A stretch of 64,000 bases of DNA from Eledone cirrhosa. Its lineage: Eukaryota. The notes beneath the pieces were generated by a model. The model saw only the letters and a program-made list of their open reading frames with translations. It was not told the origin of the DNA and did not search any database. The position numbers were made by a program, and so were the translations under genes. Every line of letters begins with the position of its first letter. Positions within the stretch are counted from its first letter, which is position 1. Where the stretch lies: assembly GCA_964016885.1 (NCBI GenBank), contig OZ024743.1:9114001-9178000 (forward strand), given 5' to 3'. Positions 27,230-42,700 of the stretch are shown here, one piece after another.

Positions 27230-27750
27230 TGTATGTATGTATGTATACACTTAAAATGTATAGGAATTTTGTCAAGGCACTTCCGCAAGGTGGAGTCGAG
27301 TGATGTCATATCCGGACCAAAAATTGGGCGGGTTTAAGACTTTTGGGCCATTAGAAATTCTTGCTAAAAACTTGTAAGTGTATTAACATGACCATCTGTA
27401 AATGCAGGCATGGCTGGCGGTAAATTGACTGCAACACAGCAAACTACAAATAGGAAAGTCATTTTAACTAAAACTGTGAAGATTTGCTTTTCTTCATGAC
27501 ATTCTGTGATAGCTGGGATAGTGTAATCTAAATAAATGTGTACCACTTCTTAACGTAAAATGTCACCTGCTATTGATATAATGGAAAACTATCTCCACAT
27601 TTTAAATAAAGATGAAAGTGGATATAAATATGTAACACATTGAACATTTCAAAATAATGTCCATTATATATATATTTATTTTTTTCATAAAAAAAAGGAG
27701 TTAAAAAAAGGAGTTAAATAAAGAGTGGGCATAACTAGCTAGAATATATA

Positions 27751-27852
27751 CAGGGTGTCCCCCAGAAAATGTATACATACTTCAACAGCATTCTAAGAAA
27801 TTTCGCCTGTTCAGGTAATCAAAGTTTGTATACATTTTTTGGGGACACCTTG
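27751..27852. mobile_element. Tc1/mariner-type MITE (102 bp)
   Basis: TIRs cagggtgtcccccagaaaatgtataca / tgtatacattttttggggacaccttg flanked by TA. Confidence 0.8.
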
Positions 27853-28190
27853 TATATAGGATTCTGAATTCTAAATCCATTCCCAATAACGTTTCAGGTA
27901 ATAAAAAAAAAGAAAAAATGAATTGAAAAATATTAAATACAGAAGAAAATAAAAAAAAAGACGCAAGCATCAAACTTTATCACTGGAACAACACACACAA
28001 AACACACAAGGAAAAACATAAAAGAAATATCAAATAAATGTAAGTAATGAAATATCGAAAGAGAAGTTTTGCAAAGTTATATTCAGATATAACTTAAAAG
28101 CTGTAAAACTACTGCCAGAATAAACTCAATACTCAGCGTACCGTGTCAAGAAAGTTATATATGCTGGTATATGCATCTATACACACACAA

Positions 28191-28301
<111 letters not shown>

Positions 28302-28399
28302 TGTTTGTATATATATACTCTCAGGTGATTGCAGTTCTCGAACATTTTAAGTGGAGCAGGTAATGTATTTTTTTCTTTTTCTATATTGGAAACTATTGT

Positions 28400-28612
28400 A
28401 GGTGTTGGTGGCAGTGGAGACTTCTGGTGTCCTCGGCCCCAGGGCTACCCCCCGTACTCACCACCATAGGCGCTGAGCTGGCCAGCCGCAGGTGTGAGCG
28501 CCGCGAGTTGGAGTGGCTTTTCCAGCGCGTCTCCCTTGCCGTCCTTCGGAGAAACGCCTTCTCCATTCTGTCCGCCGGGGCTGTGGGTGAGCCCCATCAC
28601 GTACCGTTGTAG
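28400..28612 (+). pseudogene. C-terminal fragment of a CRE-like non-LTR retrotransposon (RLE region)
   Basis: GC-rich island; VAVETSGVLGP, then a frameshift, then ERRELEWLFQRVSLAVLRRNAFSIL (cf. PxAVETxGxWGP...FLxQRLSxAIQRGNA). Confidence 0.7.
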
Positions 28613-30216
28613 TTGTGGTAGAGGAAACAGGAAGACAACAACTGGAAAGTTTGATTTTCTACTTTATCATTTACTTGTGCAGTATTTGGAAGGAACATGT
28701 TTGAATAAATAAATACTAGCATTGTTAAAAAAAAACAAAAAAAAACAACTGAGCACTTCATATTTCGTTCGGTTTTGTTTCGCACATCTTCTCCTCCTCA
28801 CAGCCCCCCAGACATTGTCGTACAGTGTAACTTTCACTTTCATTTCACTATTTTGAATTGGAATGTCTGTTTATGGGAATATATGAGTAAGTAAATTAGA
28901 GGGAAAGAAGACAGAAAACACGACTGGGAGGAAAAAATCAGAGAAAGAAAGAGAGGGAGAGTGAGAAAGAAAGAAATATAGGGAAAGAGAGAAGAATGTT
29001 GAAATGAGAAAGAATGAACAAGCAACAGATTAAAAAAAAAGAATAAAAAAAGTACTAAAGAGAAAGAGGGGATAAAAAGAAAACTAAAGAGAAGCGGCAT
29101 ATGAAGATATATCTTTTGAGAAAACAGCGGGAAAGAAAGAAAAAGAAGAGATAGAGAGATAAAGAGAAAGAGGGAGAGAAAAAGAGAAGTGCGGGGAGAG
29201 AATGGTAACTTGGTTGATAGCAGAAGAAAAAGGAGTTCCGAGAAAGTAGGAAAGAAAGAAAGAAATGAATGAAAGTAGTGACAAAGAATATAACAAAAGT
29301 GAAGGAGAGTTATATGAAGAATTTAGCTTACCTTTTAAAACTAAGTAAAAGCTTGAAATATGCACAACGGTGATGTGTCACTTCTTCCGGCTTCTGAGAG
29401 TTTTCTTGCAAGTGTGTGACTTTTCCCCTTTACTTTTACTACTAGCTCATGTAACTGGTGCTACGCTTACTGAGCACTGCTATTCTCGGAGGCGCCAGAC
29501 GTACACTGTGTCGAAGCTGGACTGTAAACCGCCAATCGAAAACCGGGAACATATCACGTGAATAATGAACATTACTCGCGCACATTCACATACTAGAACG
29601 TATACAAACATACAGACACAAACAAGCACGCGCACATACATACGCACACACACATACACATACGCAAACACACACACACACACACTTTAAAATACCGATG
29701 CAAAAAGGTATAAACCTGTTTTACTTCTACTTTTTATTAAAATGAAAAATATCATATTATTTGGTCAAAGTAAAGGTTGGAGTCTTCACATGTTATGGCA
29801 TGCATACATACATGTTGAGTAAAACACACAATTATAAACATGTATAGACATACATGTTGAGTAAAACACACAATTATAAACATGTATAGACAGAAATACA
29901 AACTTATGAGTATAGTATTGGTATCAAAATAAACTTAGAGCAAAACATTTATATAAACTTGAATTCACACACACATATGCATATAAACACACACACATTT
30001 AGCATATAAACACACACACACTTATGCATATAAATACACACACACACACACATGCATATACGTACGTATATGTATTCATATATATATATATATATACATA
30101 TATATAATTCATACTATATGTGTGCGTGTATATGTGTATTTACGTGTGTATGCACATGTTCATTTACAAATCTATCTGTCTTTGCATATCTTTCCCTATT
30201 ATTCTATCTATCACTT

Positions 30217-30870
30217 TTCGTACTCCTGGAGATGAGGGTTGTACATTTTTTTCGAGGGTATGTGTTACCCATATCTAATGTCTCCCCCTATTGAGGAAAA
30301 TCGATTAATTTTTAAATTGTATTTGTGATAGTATTTTACACGTTTTTATTGTATGTAAACTTCCCCCTTTGTATTTGTCCCCTTCTTTTGTGCCCCAGTG
30401 GCTAATAAAGAAACATATCTATTTTATTGTTATTTCAAGTTTTATGAAAGGTGGGTGAAAGTGGCGAGAAGGGCCCGAGTGAATGGGCCTTCTCTCTATA
30501 TCAGCCTGTAGGTTGCGGAAAAGGAGGAGGAGAGGAAAGGAGTACAAACTCTTCGTACTCCTGGAGATGAGGGTTTCACATTTTTTCGAGGGTATGTGTT
30601 ACCCATATGAACTGTCTCCCTCTATTGGGGAAAATCGACTAATTTTTTAAATTGCATTTGTGATAACATTTTACACGTTTTTATTGTATGTAAACTTCCC
30701 CCTTTGTATTTGTCCCCTTCTTTTGTGCCCCTGTGGCTAATAAAGAAACATATCTATTTTATTGTTATTTATTAATGTTAAAGTTAATTTTATGTGAAAC
30801 CCCCGCCGTCACGTCTTGTAATGTCCCATTTTTGTACGCCCCTGTGGCAAATAAAGAAACATATCTATCT
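30217..30870 (+). mobile_element. Three head-to-tail 5'-truncated 3' ends of a Tx1/L1-like LINE
   Basis: Copies at 30217-30420, 30437-30757 and ~30790-30870 each end in gtggc(t/a)aataaagaaacatatctat; the middle copy retains the ORF2 end KFYERWVKVARRARVNGPSLYISL*. Confidence 0.82.
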
Positions 30871-31295
30871 ATATACCTATCTATTTAACTATCTACCTAG
30901 CAATGTCTGTCTATACGTCCACATACATATACACAAACACATATAAACATATCTATGTAGATGCGCATGGCGTGTTTATGTGTGTGTGTTTATATGTGTA
31001 TGTTTGTTTAAAGTCGCGTGGCTCAGTAACTCACGACTGTAAGGTCGGTGGTGGTGGGGTTCGTGTCCTTTAGTGGGATACTTTATTTTATGTTGCACCA
31101 TTCCACTCATCTGAAAATGAGTTGTACATGTAATTTAAAGGCCCAACATGTTCATACACTGTGACAACCTCTATATACAGTAGAAAGTATATTTCTTACG
31201 AAGTAATTTATTGATAGTTTCTTTATTCGGTACTCTGTCAAACTTACTATATACCCACCGTTCAGTGTATTACAATGTCAATAATGAAGTAGAAC

Positions 31296-31296
<1 letters not shown>

Positions 31297-31363
<67 letters not shown>

Positions 31364-31367
31364 TCGT

Positions 31368-31427
<60 letters not shown>

Positions 31428-31431
31428 TCGT

Positions 31432-31471
<40 letters not shown>

Positions 31472-31487
31472 TTATCTTTCTTTCTTT

Positions 31488-31521
<34 letters not shown>

Positions 31522-31600
31522 TCATTCTTTCTTTCTTTCTTTCTTTCTTTCTTTCATTCTTTCTTTCTTTTTTTCTTTCTTTCTTTCTTTCTTTCTTTTT
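31297..31600. repeat. (TTTC)n microsatellite
   Basis: ~300-bp tetranucleotide tract. Confidence 0.95.
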
Positions 31601-31623
31601 TCTTATACCACACCGTGTGTCTG

Positions 31624-32762
<1,139 letters not shown>

Positions 32763-33103
32763 AGGGTTGTGCAGAGTTTGTATTAGGGACAAGGTAGATG
32801 TAAATATAGACCCCCTATTAAAAAGAGGGAGAAAAAAAAAGATGCTGGCAACAGACCCAGGCCAGATATGAAATGAGGGCCCCCACTGAAAAATATCCAG
32901 TATTTCTGTAATTATTACTGAATACATATGATTTGGGTTAAGAGTATTTACACATACATGTAGTGTACATGTACTTAAATGTAACAGAATATAATATAAT
33001 ATATGAATTAGAACTGGAGTAGGCTATCTTACATTCGACCGCCCATGCTAACTAGCCTGTCTCGTCTTGCCTGCACACACACACACGCACACACAGACAC
33101 ACA

Positions 33104-33194
<91 letters not shown>

Positions 33195-33300
33195 GTATAT
33201 ATATGTATGTATAAATATATACTGCATATATATATATATACATGTATATATTTATATATATATGTATATATTTATATATATATGTATATATACGTATATG

Positions 33301-33332
<32 letters not shown>

Positions 33333-33346
33333 ACATTATTTATATT

Positions 33347-33509
33347 CGGACGCCATGCTTTGACGCATAGAGTTACGGCCCTTGCCATTCTGAGTTCATA
33401 TCCCGCCGAGGTTAACTTTGCCTTTCATCCTTACGGGGTCGATAAAATAAAGTACCAGTAATACACTGAGGTAATTGCTGGCCTTGTGCCAAAAAGTAGA
33501 AACAATTAT
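33347..33509 (+). mobile_element. SINE, slightly 5'-truncated
   Basis: Family match. Confidence 0.9.
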
Positions 33510-33730
33510 TTATATATACATATAGAATAGGTATACGGTTTACATACACACACACATACCCACACATATATACGCATCCATGCATATATATATTATATAT
33601 ACATATTAATATATGTATACACACATACTCACACACTCATACGCGCGTGCATAAATGCATACATAAGTACATACATAGAAACACACATACACACAAAATA
33701 CATAGATGCCCACACACACTCACATATATA

Positions 33731-33815
<85 letters not shown>

Positions 33816-33820
<5 letters not shown>

Positions 33821-33934
33821 AACGAGTAGGACCCCGACGGCTGAGCTCAAGCCGTTTCGACGGCTAATTCTGGAGTCTAGAATTAGCCGTCGAAACGGCT
33901 TGAGCTCAGCCGTCGGGGTCCTACTCGTTCCTAT
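33816..33934. repeat. GC-rich inverted repeat, 56-bp perfect arms, 7-nt spacer
   Basis: ataggaacgagtaggaccccgacggctgagctcaagccgtttcgacggctaattct-ggagtct-reverse complement. Confidence 0.95.
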
Positions 33935-34010
33935 TACCCACTCTACTACCCTAAGTATTGAGTAATTTGGTGCGTTATGGTCCACCTGGTTCCTTACCAC
34001 ATTTCCTCCG

Positions 34011-34072
<62 letters not shown>

Positions 34073-34109
34073 CTGAGATCATGATCAACTCCATCCAGAC
34101 GGCTATTAT

Positions 34110-34295
34110 TGGATTGGCAGTATCGGTAGAGGGTCGGACGCCATGCTTTGACGCATAGAGTTACGGCCCTTGCCATACTGAGTTCAAATCCCGCCGAGGT
34201 TAACTTTGCCTTTCATCCTTAAGGGGTCGATAAAATAAAGTACCAGTAATGTACTGAGTAATTGCTGGCCTTGTGCCAAAAGTAGAAACAATTAT
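34110..34295 (+). mobile_element. Near-full tRNA-derived SINE with Pol III boxes
   Basis: Box A-like TGGCAGTATCGG (34115-34126), box B-like GAGTTCAAATCCC (34180-34192), central GCCTTTCATCCT...GGGGTCGATAAAATAAAGTACCAG, (ATT)n tail. Confidence 0.9.
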
Positions 34296-35438
34296 TATTG
34301 TTGTTATTGTTGTTATTGTTGGTGTTATTGCTATTGGTGGTGTTGCCAGTGTCTATAAAACGGACTCATCCATTAAACCACATATTGACATTTACGCTTT
34401 CATATATTTCTTCTATATAAATAAATACACACACATGTAGTAAGTTCTATGTATATCTATGCCTTTGTATTTCTCCCTTTCTCCGCTCATCCCTCCTCTC
34501 TCTATCCTTATCTCCTTTTCTACTTTCAGAATATCTAGACTTTTCTCTCTCTCTGCCACTCTGTCGCTCTCTGTCTCCCTACTCGCTCCTTTCTCACTTT
34601 CTATTTCGTTTTCCCTATATTTTATTATCTCTCTTTAGATTATATGGTTTTAATACAAACTATTGTATTTCAAGTATAATTATATATAGTAAGTCGAATA
34701 TGAATGTGATATAATGTTGAATAACCAGGTATACATACATGCATGCTGCATTACATACATCACATATAGGTAAATATACAAAGACAATCTTTTATATATG
34801 CATACACAAATTATATATGCACAAATGCATACTTCTATGCTTTGATACTCAAACACACACACACACACACATTCAGTTATATATCAATACTCACACATGT
34901 GTATATAAATTTATGCTTAAGCGTCTATAGAAACATATCTATGTGTCTATAGGAATACATATGCACACATTCCAGGCATATACTTTTACTGGTTTCAGCT
35001 ATTCAGCTGTGGCAATACTGGAGCACAGTAATAGTATGTAATAATAATAATCTACACTTAAATCGTTTATATACATTCTTATGAATGTATATATGCTTAA
35101 AAATACGCTTACTATAATATATATATGATTACTACAGTATGTATATATAATATATAGTTACTACTGAATATATATATATATATATATATAAAAGTTTACA
35201 TATATATATACATACATATACATATACGTGTTTTGCATCTGGTCACTTTGTGGCTCAATGAAAAATTAATAAATTAAACAATCATATATATATATATATA
35301 TCATAAAACATGTTTTATGATATATATATATATATATATAGATGAAAAGATTCAGGAGCCCGACAGTTGAGCTCCGGCCGTTTTGACAATTAGATTCGAA
35401 TTAGCTGGTTTTTACCACACCCTATCTGATATAAAACT

Positions 35439-35675
<237 letters not shown>

Positions 35676-35888
35676 TAGATATATATAAATATATATATAT
35701 ATGCTATTGTGTTTTTTATTTTTATTTTTCAGTTTGATTTAGTAATATAACTTAAATTTCTTCAGTAATCTAGTCATTTGTTGGAAAAGCTTAATTATCA
35801 GGGACCGCGGGAATTGGGTCCCTCTCCCAACTTTCCTAATAATAATAGGGTAGTATGGTGTGATAACATCTCGATATTTTAACACCTC

Positions 35889-36053
<165 letters not shown>

Positions 36054-36181
36054 CCTACCTATGTATTTATCTAGGCATCTAAAGGAGCTAAACGTGTTTA
36101 TATCTTAAAACAGCTGGTAATGCAGAAATAAGTCAAACTACTGTCAACATCCACATGTATTTTTCTTTCGCATCTACTCAC

Positions 36182-36242
<61 letters not shown>

Positions 36243-36735
36243 GCGTTTGTGTATATATGTGTATGTGCGCTCACCCTTCTATTTATTACTCCCACTACCA
36301 CCTATTTGTAACTGACACCTAGTACACGAAAAAGGGTAGTTGTTATCCGTTCCTAACGTTATGTATATTCTTTAGTTTTACTGTTAGCTATGTAGACCAA
36401 TACCTTTCTGATGATGTACCGCCTTTGTATGAACTAGTTAACAAAACATTCATTCACCTCGGATCGTCTTATCAGCACAAGGCCCCTCCTTACCCCTTTA
36501 TCGGGCAAAGCAGTGCACAGGAGCCCTTACTAGCTGTGAAGTGATCTGAAGTAACCTCAACTATGCACTTTTGCGTTATGTTGAGCGTGTTATATGTACA
36601 CACACATGCACGTGTGTTTGTAGAGGTGACAGTGATGTCGAATCAGAGAAGTTTATTTATCATAAAAATTAACATTATTAAAAAAATCTCATTCTTCAAA
36701 TCATAGCCTAACATCACGTATATTTGAAATGAATC

Positions 36736-39700
36736 GACACACCAGTCTAATGTAGTCCTAGACACACCAGTCTAATGTAGTCCTAGACACGCCAGTCTAA
36801 TGTAGTCCTAGACACGCCAGTCTAATGTAGTCCTAGACACACCAGTTTAATGTAGTCCTAGACACGCCAGTCTAATCTAGTCCAAGACACACCAGTCTAA
36901 TGTAGTCCTAGACAAACCAGTCTAATGTAGTCCTAGACACACCAGTCTAATGTAGTCCTAGACACACCAGTCTAATGTGGTCTTAGACACACCAGTCTAA
37001 TGTAGTCCTAGACACACCAGTCTAATGTAGTCCTAGACACACCAGTCTAATGTGGTCTTAGACACACCAGTCTAATGTAGTCCTAGACACACCAGTCTAA
37101 TGTAGTCCTAGACACACCAGTCTAATGTAGTCCTAGACACACCAGTCTAATGTAGTCCTAGACACACCAGTCTAATGTAGTCCTAGACACACCAGTCTAA
37201 TGTGGTCTTAGACACACCAGTCTAATGTAGTCCTAGACACACCAGTCTAATGTAGTCCTAGGCACACCAGTCTAATGTAGTCCTAGACACACCAGTCTAA
37301 TGTAGTCCGAGACGCACTAGTCAAATGTTAGTCCTAGACACACCAGTCTAATGTGGTCTTAGACACACCAGTCGAATGTAGTCCTAGACACACCAGTCTA
37401 ATGTAGTCCTAGACACACTAGTCTAATGTAATCCTAGACACAACAGTCTAATGTAGTCCTAGACACACCAGTCTAATGTAGTCCTAGACACACCAGTCTA
37501 ATGTAGTCCTAGACACACCAGTCTAATGTTAGTCCTAGACACACCAGTCTAATGTAGTCCTAGACACACCAGTCTAATGTAGTCCTAGACACACCAGTCT
37601 AATGTAGTCCTAGACAAACCAGTCTAATGTAGTCCTAGACGCACCAGTCTAATGTTAGTCCTAGACACACCAGTCTAATGTAGTCCTAGACACACCAGTC
37701 TAATGTGGTCCTAGACACACCAGTCTAATGTAGTCCTAGACACACCAGTCTAATGTAGTCCTAGACACACCAGTCTAATGTGGTCTTAGACACACCAGTC
37801 TAATGTGGCCCTAGACAAACCAGTCTAATGTAGTCCTAGACACACCAGTCTAATGTAGTCCTAGAAACACCAGTCTAATGTGGTCTTAGACACACCAGTC
37901 TAATGTGGTCCTAGACACACCAATCTAACGTAGTCCTAGACACACCAGTCTAATGTAGTCCTAGACACACCAGTCTAATGTGGTCCTAGACACACCAGTG
38001 TAATTAAAATCCTAGACACACCAGTCTAATGTAGTCCTAGACACACCAGTCTAATGTAGTCCTAGACACACCAGTCTAATGTAGTCCTAGACACACCAGG
38101 CTAATGTAATCCTAGACACACCAGTCTAATGTAGTCCTAGACACACCAGTCTAATGTAGTCCTAGACACACCAGTATAATGTAGTCCTAGACACACCAGT
38201 CTAATGTAGTCCTAGACACACCAGTCTAATGTAGTCCTAGACACACCAGTGTAATGAAATCCTAGACACACCAGTCTAATGTAGTCCTAGACACACCAGT
38301 CTAATGTAGTCCTAGACACACCAGTCTAATGTAGTCCTAGACACACCAGTCTAATGTAGTCCTAGACGCACCAGTCTAATGTTAGTCCTAGACACACCAG
38401 TCTAATGTAGTCCTAGACACACCAGTCTAATGTAGTCCTAGACACACCAGTCTAATGTAATCCTAGACACACCAGTCTAATGTGGTCCTAGACACACCAG
38501 TCTAATGTAGTCCTAGACACACAAGTCTAATGTAGTCCTAGACAAACCAGTCTAATGTAGTCCTAGACACACCAGTCTAATGTAGTCCTAGACACACCAG
38601 TCTAATGTAGTCCTAGACACACCAGTCTAATGTAGTCCTAGACACACCAGTCTAATGTAGTCCTAGACACACCAGTCTAATGTGGTCCTAGACACGCCAG
38701 TCTAATGTAGTCCTAGACACGCCAGTCTAATGTAGTCCTAGACACACCAGTCTAATGTAGTCCTAGACACACCAGTCTAATGTAGTCCTAGACACGCCAG
38801 TCTAATGTGGTCCTAGACACGCCAGTCTAATGTAGTCCTAGACACACCAGTCTGATGTAGTCCTAGACACGCCAGTCTAATGTAGTCCAAGACACACCAG
38901 TCTAATGTAGTCCTAGACACACCAGTCTAATGTAGTCCTAGACACACCAGTCTAATGTAGTCCTAGACACACCAGTCTAATGTGGTCTTAGACACACCAG
39001 TCTAATGTAGTCCTAGACACACCAGTCTAATGTGGTCTTAGACACACCAGTCTAATGTAGTCCTAGAACACACCAGTCTAATGTAGTCCTAGAGACACCA
39101 GTCTAATGTAGTCCTAGACACACCAGTCTAATGTAGTCCTAGACACACCAGTCTAATGTAGTCCTAGACACACCAGTCTAATGTAGTCCTAGACACACCA
39201 GTCTAATGTGGTCTTAGACACACCAGTCTAATGTAGTCCTAGACACACCAGTCTAATGTAGTCCTAGACACACCAGTCTAATGTAGTCCTAGACACACCA
39301 GTCTAATGTAGTCCGAGACGCACCAGTCTAATGTTAGTCCTAGACACACCAGTCTAATGTGGTCTTAGACACACCAGTCTAATGTAGTCCTAGACACACC
39401 AGTCTAATGTAGTCCTAGACACACTAGTCTAATGTAATCCTAGACACAACAGTCTAATGTAGTCCTAGACACACCAGTCTAATGTAGTCCTAGACACACC
39501 AGTCTAATGTAGTCCTAGACGCACCAGTCTAATGTTAGTCCTAGACACACCAGTCTAATGTAGTCCTAGACACACCAGTCTAATGTAGTCCTAGACACAC
39601 CAGTCTAATGTAGTCCTAGACACACCAGTCTAATGTAGTCCTAGACGCACCAGTCTAATGTTAGTCCTAGACACACCAGTCTAATGTAGTCCTAGACACA

Positions 39701-42700
39701 CCAGTCTAATGTGGTCCTAGACACACCAGTCTAATGTAGTCCTAGACACACCAGTCTAATGTAGTCCTAGACACACCAGTCTAATGTGGTCTTAGACACA
39801 CCAGTCTAATGTGGCCCTAGACACACCAGTCTAATGTAGTCCTAGACACACCAGTCTAATGTAGTCCTAGAAACACCAGTCTAATGTGGTCTTAGACACA
39901 CCAGTCTAATGTGGTCCTAGACACACCAATCTAACGTAGTCCTAGACACACCAGTCTAATGTAGTCCTAGACACACCAGTCTAATGTAGTCCTAGACACA
40001 CCAGTCTAATGTGGTCCTAGACACACCAGTCTAATGTAGTCCTAGACACACCAGTCTAATGTAGTCCTAGACACACCAGTCTAATGTAGTCCTAGACACA
40101 CCAGTCTAATGTGGTCCTAGACACACCAGTCTAATGTAGTCCTAGACACACCAGTCTAATGTAGTCCTAGACACACCAGTCTAATGTAGTCCTAGACACA
40201 CCAGTCTAATGTAGTCCTAGACACACCAGTCTAATGTAGTCCTAGACACACCAGTCTAATGTGGTCTTAGACACACCAGTCTAATGTAGTCCTAGACACA
40301 CCAGTCTAATGTAGTCCTAGACACACCAGTCTAATGTAGTCCTAGACACACCAGTCTAATGTAGTCCTAGACACACCAGTCTAATGTGGTCTTAGACACA
40401 CCAGTCTAATGTAGTCCTAGACACACCAGTCTAATGTAATCCTAGACACACCAGTCTAATGTAGTCCTAGACACACCAGTCTAATGTAGTCCTAGACACA
40501 CCAGTCTAATGTGGTCCTAGACACACCAGTCTAATGTAGTCCTAGACACACCAGTCTAATGTAGTCCTAGACACACCAGTGTAATGTAATCCTAGACACA
40601 CCAGTCTAATGTAATCCTAGACACACCAGTCTATTGTAGTCCTAGACACACCAGTCTAATGTTAGTCCTAGACACACCAGTCTAATGTAGTCCTAGACAC
40701 ACCAGTCTAATGTAGTCCCAGACACACCAGTCTAATGTAGTCCTAGACACACCAGTCTAATGTAGTCCTAGACACACCAGTCTAATGTAGTCCTAGACAC
40801 ACCAGTGTAATGTAATCCTAGACACACCAGCCTAATGTAGTCCTAGACACACCAGTCTAATGTAGTCCTAGACACACCAGTCTAATGTAGTCCTAGACAC
40901 ACCAGTCTAATGTAGTCCTAGACACACCAGTCTAATGTAGTCCTAGACACACCAGTCTAATGTAGTCCTAGACACACCAGTCTAATGTAGTCCTAGACGC
41001 ACCAGTCTAATGTAGTCCTAGACACACCAGTCTAATGTAGTCCTAGACACACCAGTCTAATGTGGTCTTAGACACACCAGTCTAATGTAGTCCTAGACAC
41101 ACCAGTCTAATGTAGTCCTAGACACACCAGTCTAATGTAATCCTAGACACACCAGTCTAATGTAGCCCTAGACTCACCAGTCTAATGTAGTCCTAGACAC
41201 ACCAGTTTAATGTAGTCCTAGACACACCAGTCTAACGTCGTCTTAGACACACCCGTCTAATGTAGTCCTTGACACACCAGTCTAATGTAGTCCTAGACAC
41301 ACCAGTCTAATGTAGTCCTAGACACACCAGTCTAATGTGGTCTTAGACACACCAGTCTAATGTAGTCCTAGACACACCAGTCTAATGTAGTCCTAGACAC
41401 ACCAGTCTAATGTAGTCCTAGACACACCAGTCTAATGTAGTCCTACACACACCAGTCTAATGTGGTCTTAGACACACCCGTCTAATGTAGTCCTAGACAC
41501 ACCAGTCTAATGTAGTCGTAGACACACCAGTCTAATGTAGTCCTAGACACACCAGTCTAATGTAGTCCTAGACACACCAGTCTAATGTAGTCCTAGACAT
41601 ACCAGTCTAATGTAGTCCTGGACACACCACTCTTATGTAGTCCTAGACACACCAGTCTAATGTAGTCCTAGACACACCAGTGTAATGTAATCCTAGACAC
41701 ACCAGTCTAATGTAGTCCTAGACACACCAGTCTAATGTAGTCCTAGACACACCAGTCAAATGTAGTCCTAGACACACCAGTCTAATGTAGGCCTAGACAC
41801 ACCAGTGTAATGTAATCCTAGACACACCAGTCTAATGTAATCCTAGACACACCAGTCTAATGTAGTCCTAGACACACCAGTCTAATGTTAGTCCTAGACA
41901 CACTAGTCTAATGTAGTCCTAGACACACCAGTCTAATGTAGTCCTAGACACACCAGTCTAATGTAGTCCTAGACACACCAGTCTAATGTAGTCCTAGACT
42001 CACCAGTCTAATGTAGTCCTAGACACACCAGTCTAATGTAGTCCTAGACACACCTGTGTAATGTAATCCTAGACACACCAGTCTAATGTAGTCCTAGACA
42101 CACCAGTCTAATGTAGTCCTAGACACACCAGTCTAATGTAGTCCTAGACACACCAGTCTAATGTAGTCCTAGACACACCAGTCTAATGTAGTCCTAGACA
42201 CACCAGTCTAATTTAATCCTAGACACACCAGTCTAATGTAATCCTAGACACACCAGTCTAATGTAGTCCTAGACACACCAGTCTAATGTAATCCTAGACA
42301 CACCAGTCTAATGTAATCCTAGACACACCAGTCTAATGTAGTCCTAGACACACCAGTCTAATGTAGTCCTAGACACACCAGTCTAATGTAATCCTAGACA
42401 CACCAGTCTAATGTAATCCTAGACACACCAGTCTAATGTAGTCCTAGACACACCAGTCTAATGTAATTCTAGACACACCAGTCTAATGTAGTCCTAGACA
42501 CACAAGTCTAACGTAATCCTAGACACACCAGTCTAATGTGGTCCTAGACACACCTATCTAATGTAATCCTAGACACACCAGTCTAATGTAGTCCTAGACA
42601 CACCAGTCTAATGTAGTCCTAGACACACCAGTCTAATGTAATCCTAGACACACCAGTCTAATGTAGTCCTAGACACACCAGTCTAATGTAGTCCTAGACA

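Noticed and set aside
34110-34195. tRNA gene
   Set aside because: A and B boxes are present, but no convincing cloverleaf; the sequence continues into the SINE body.
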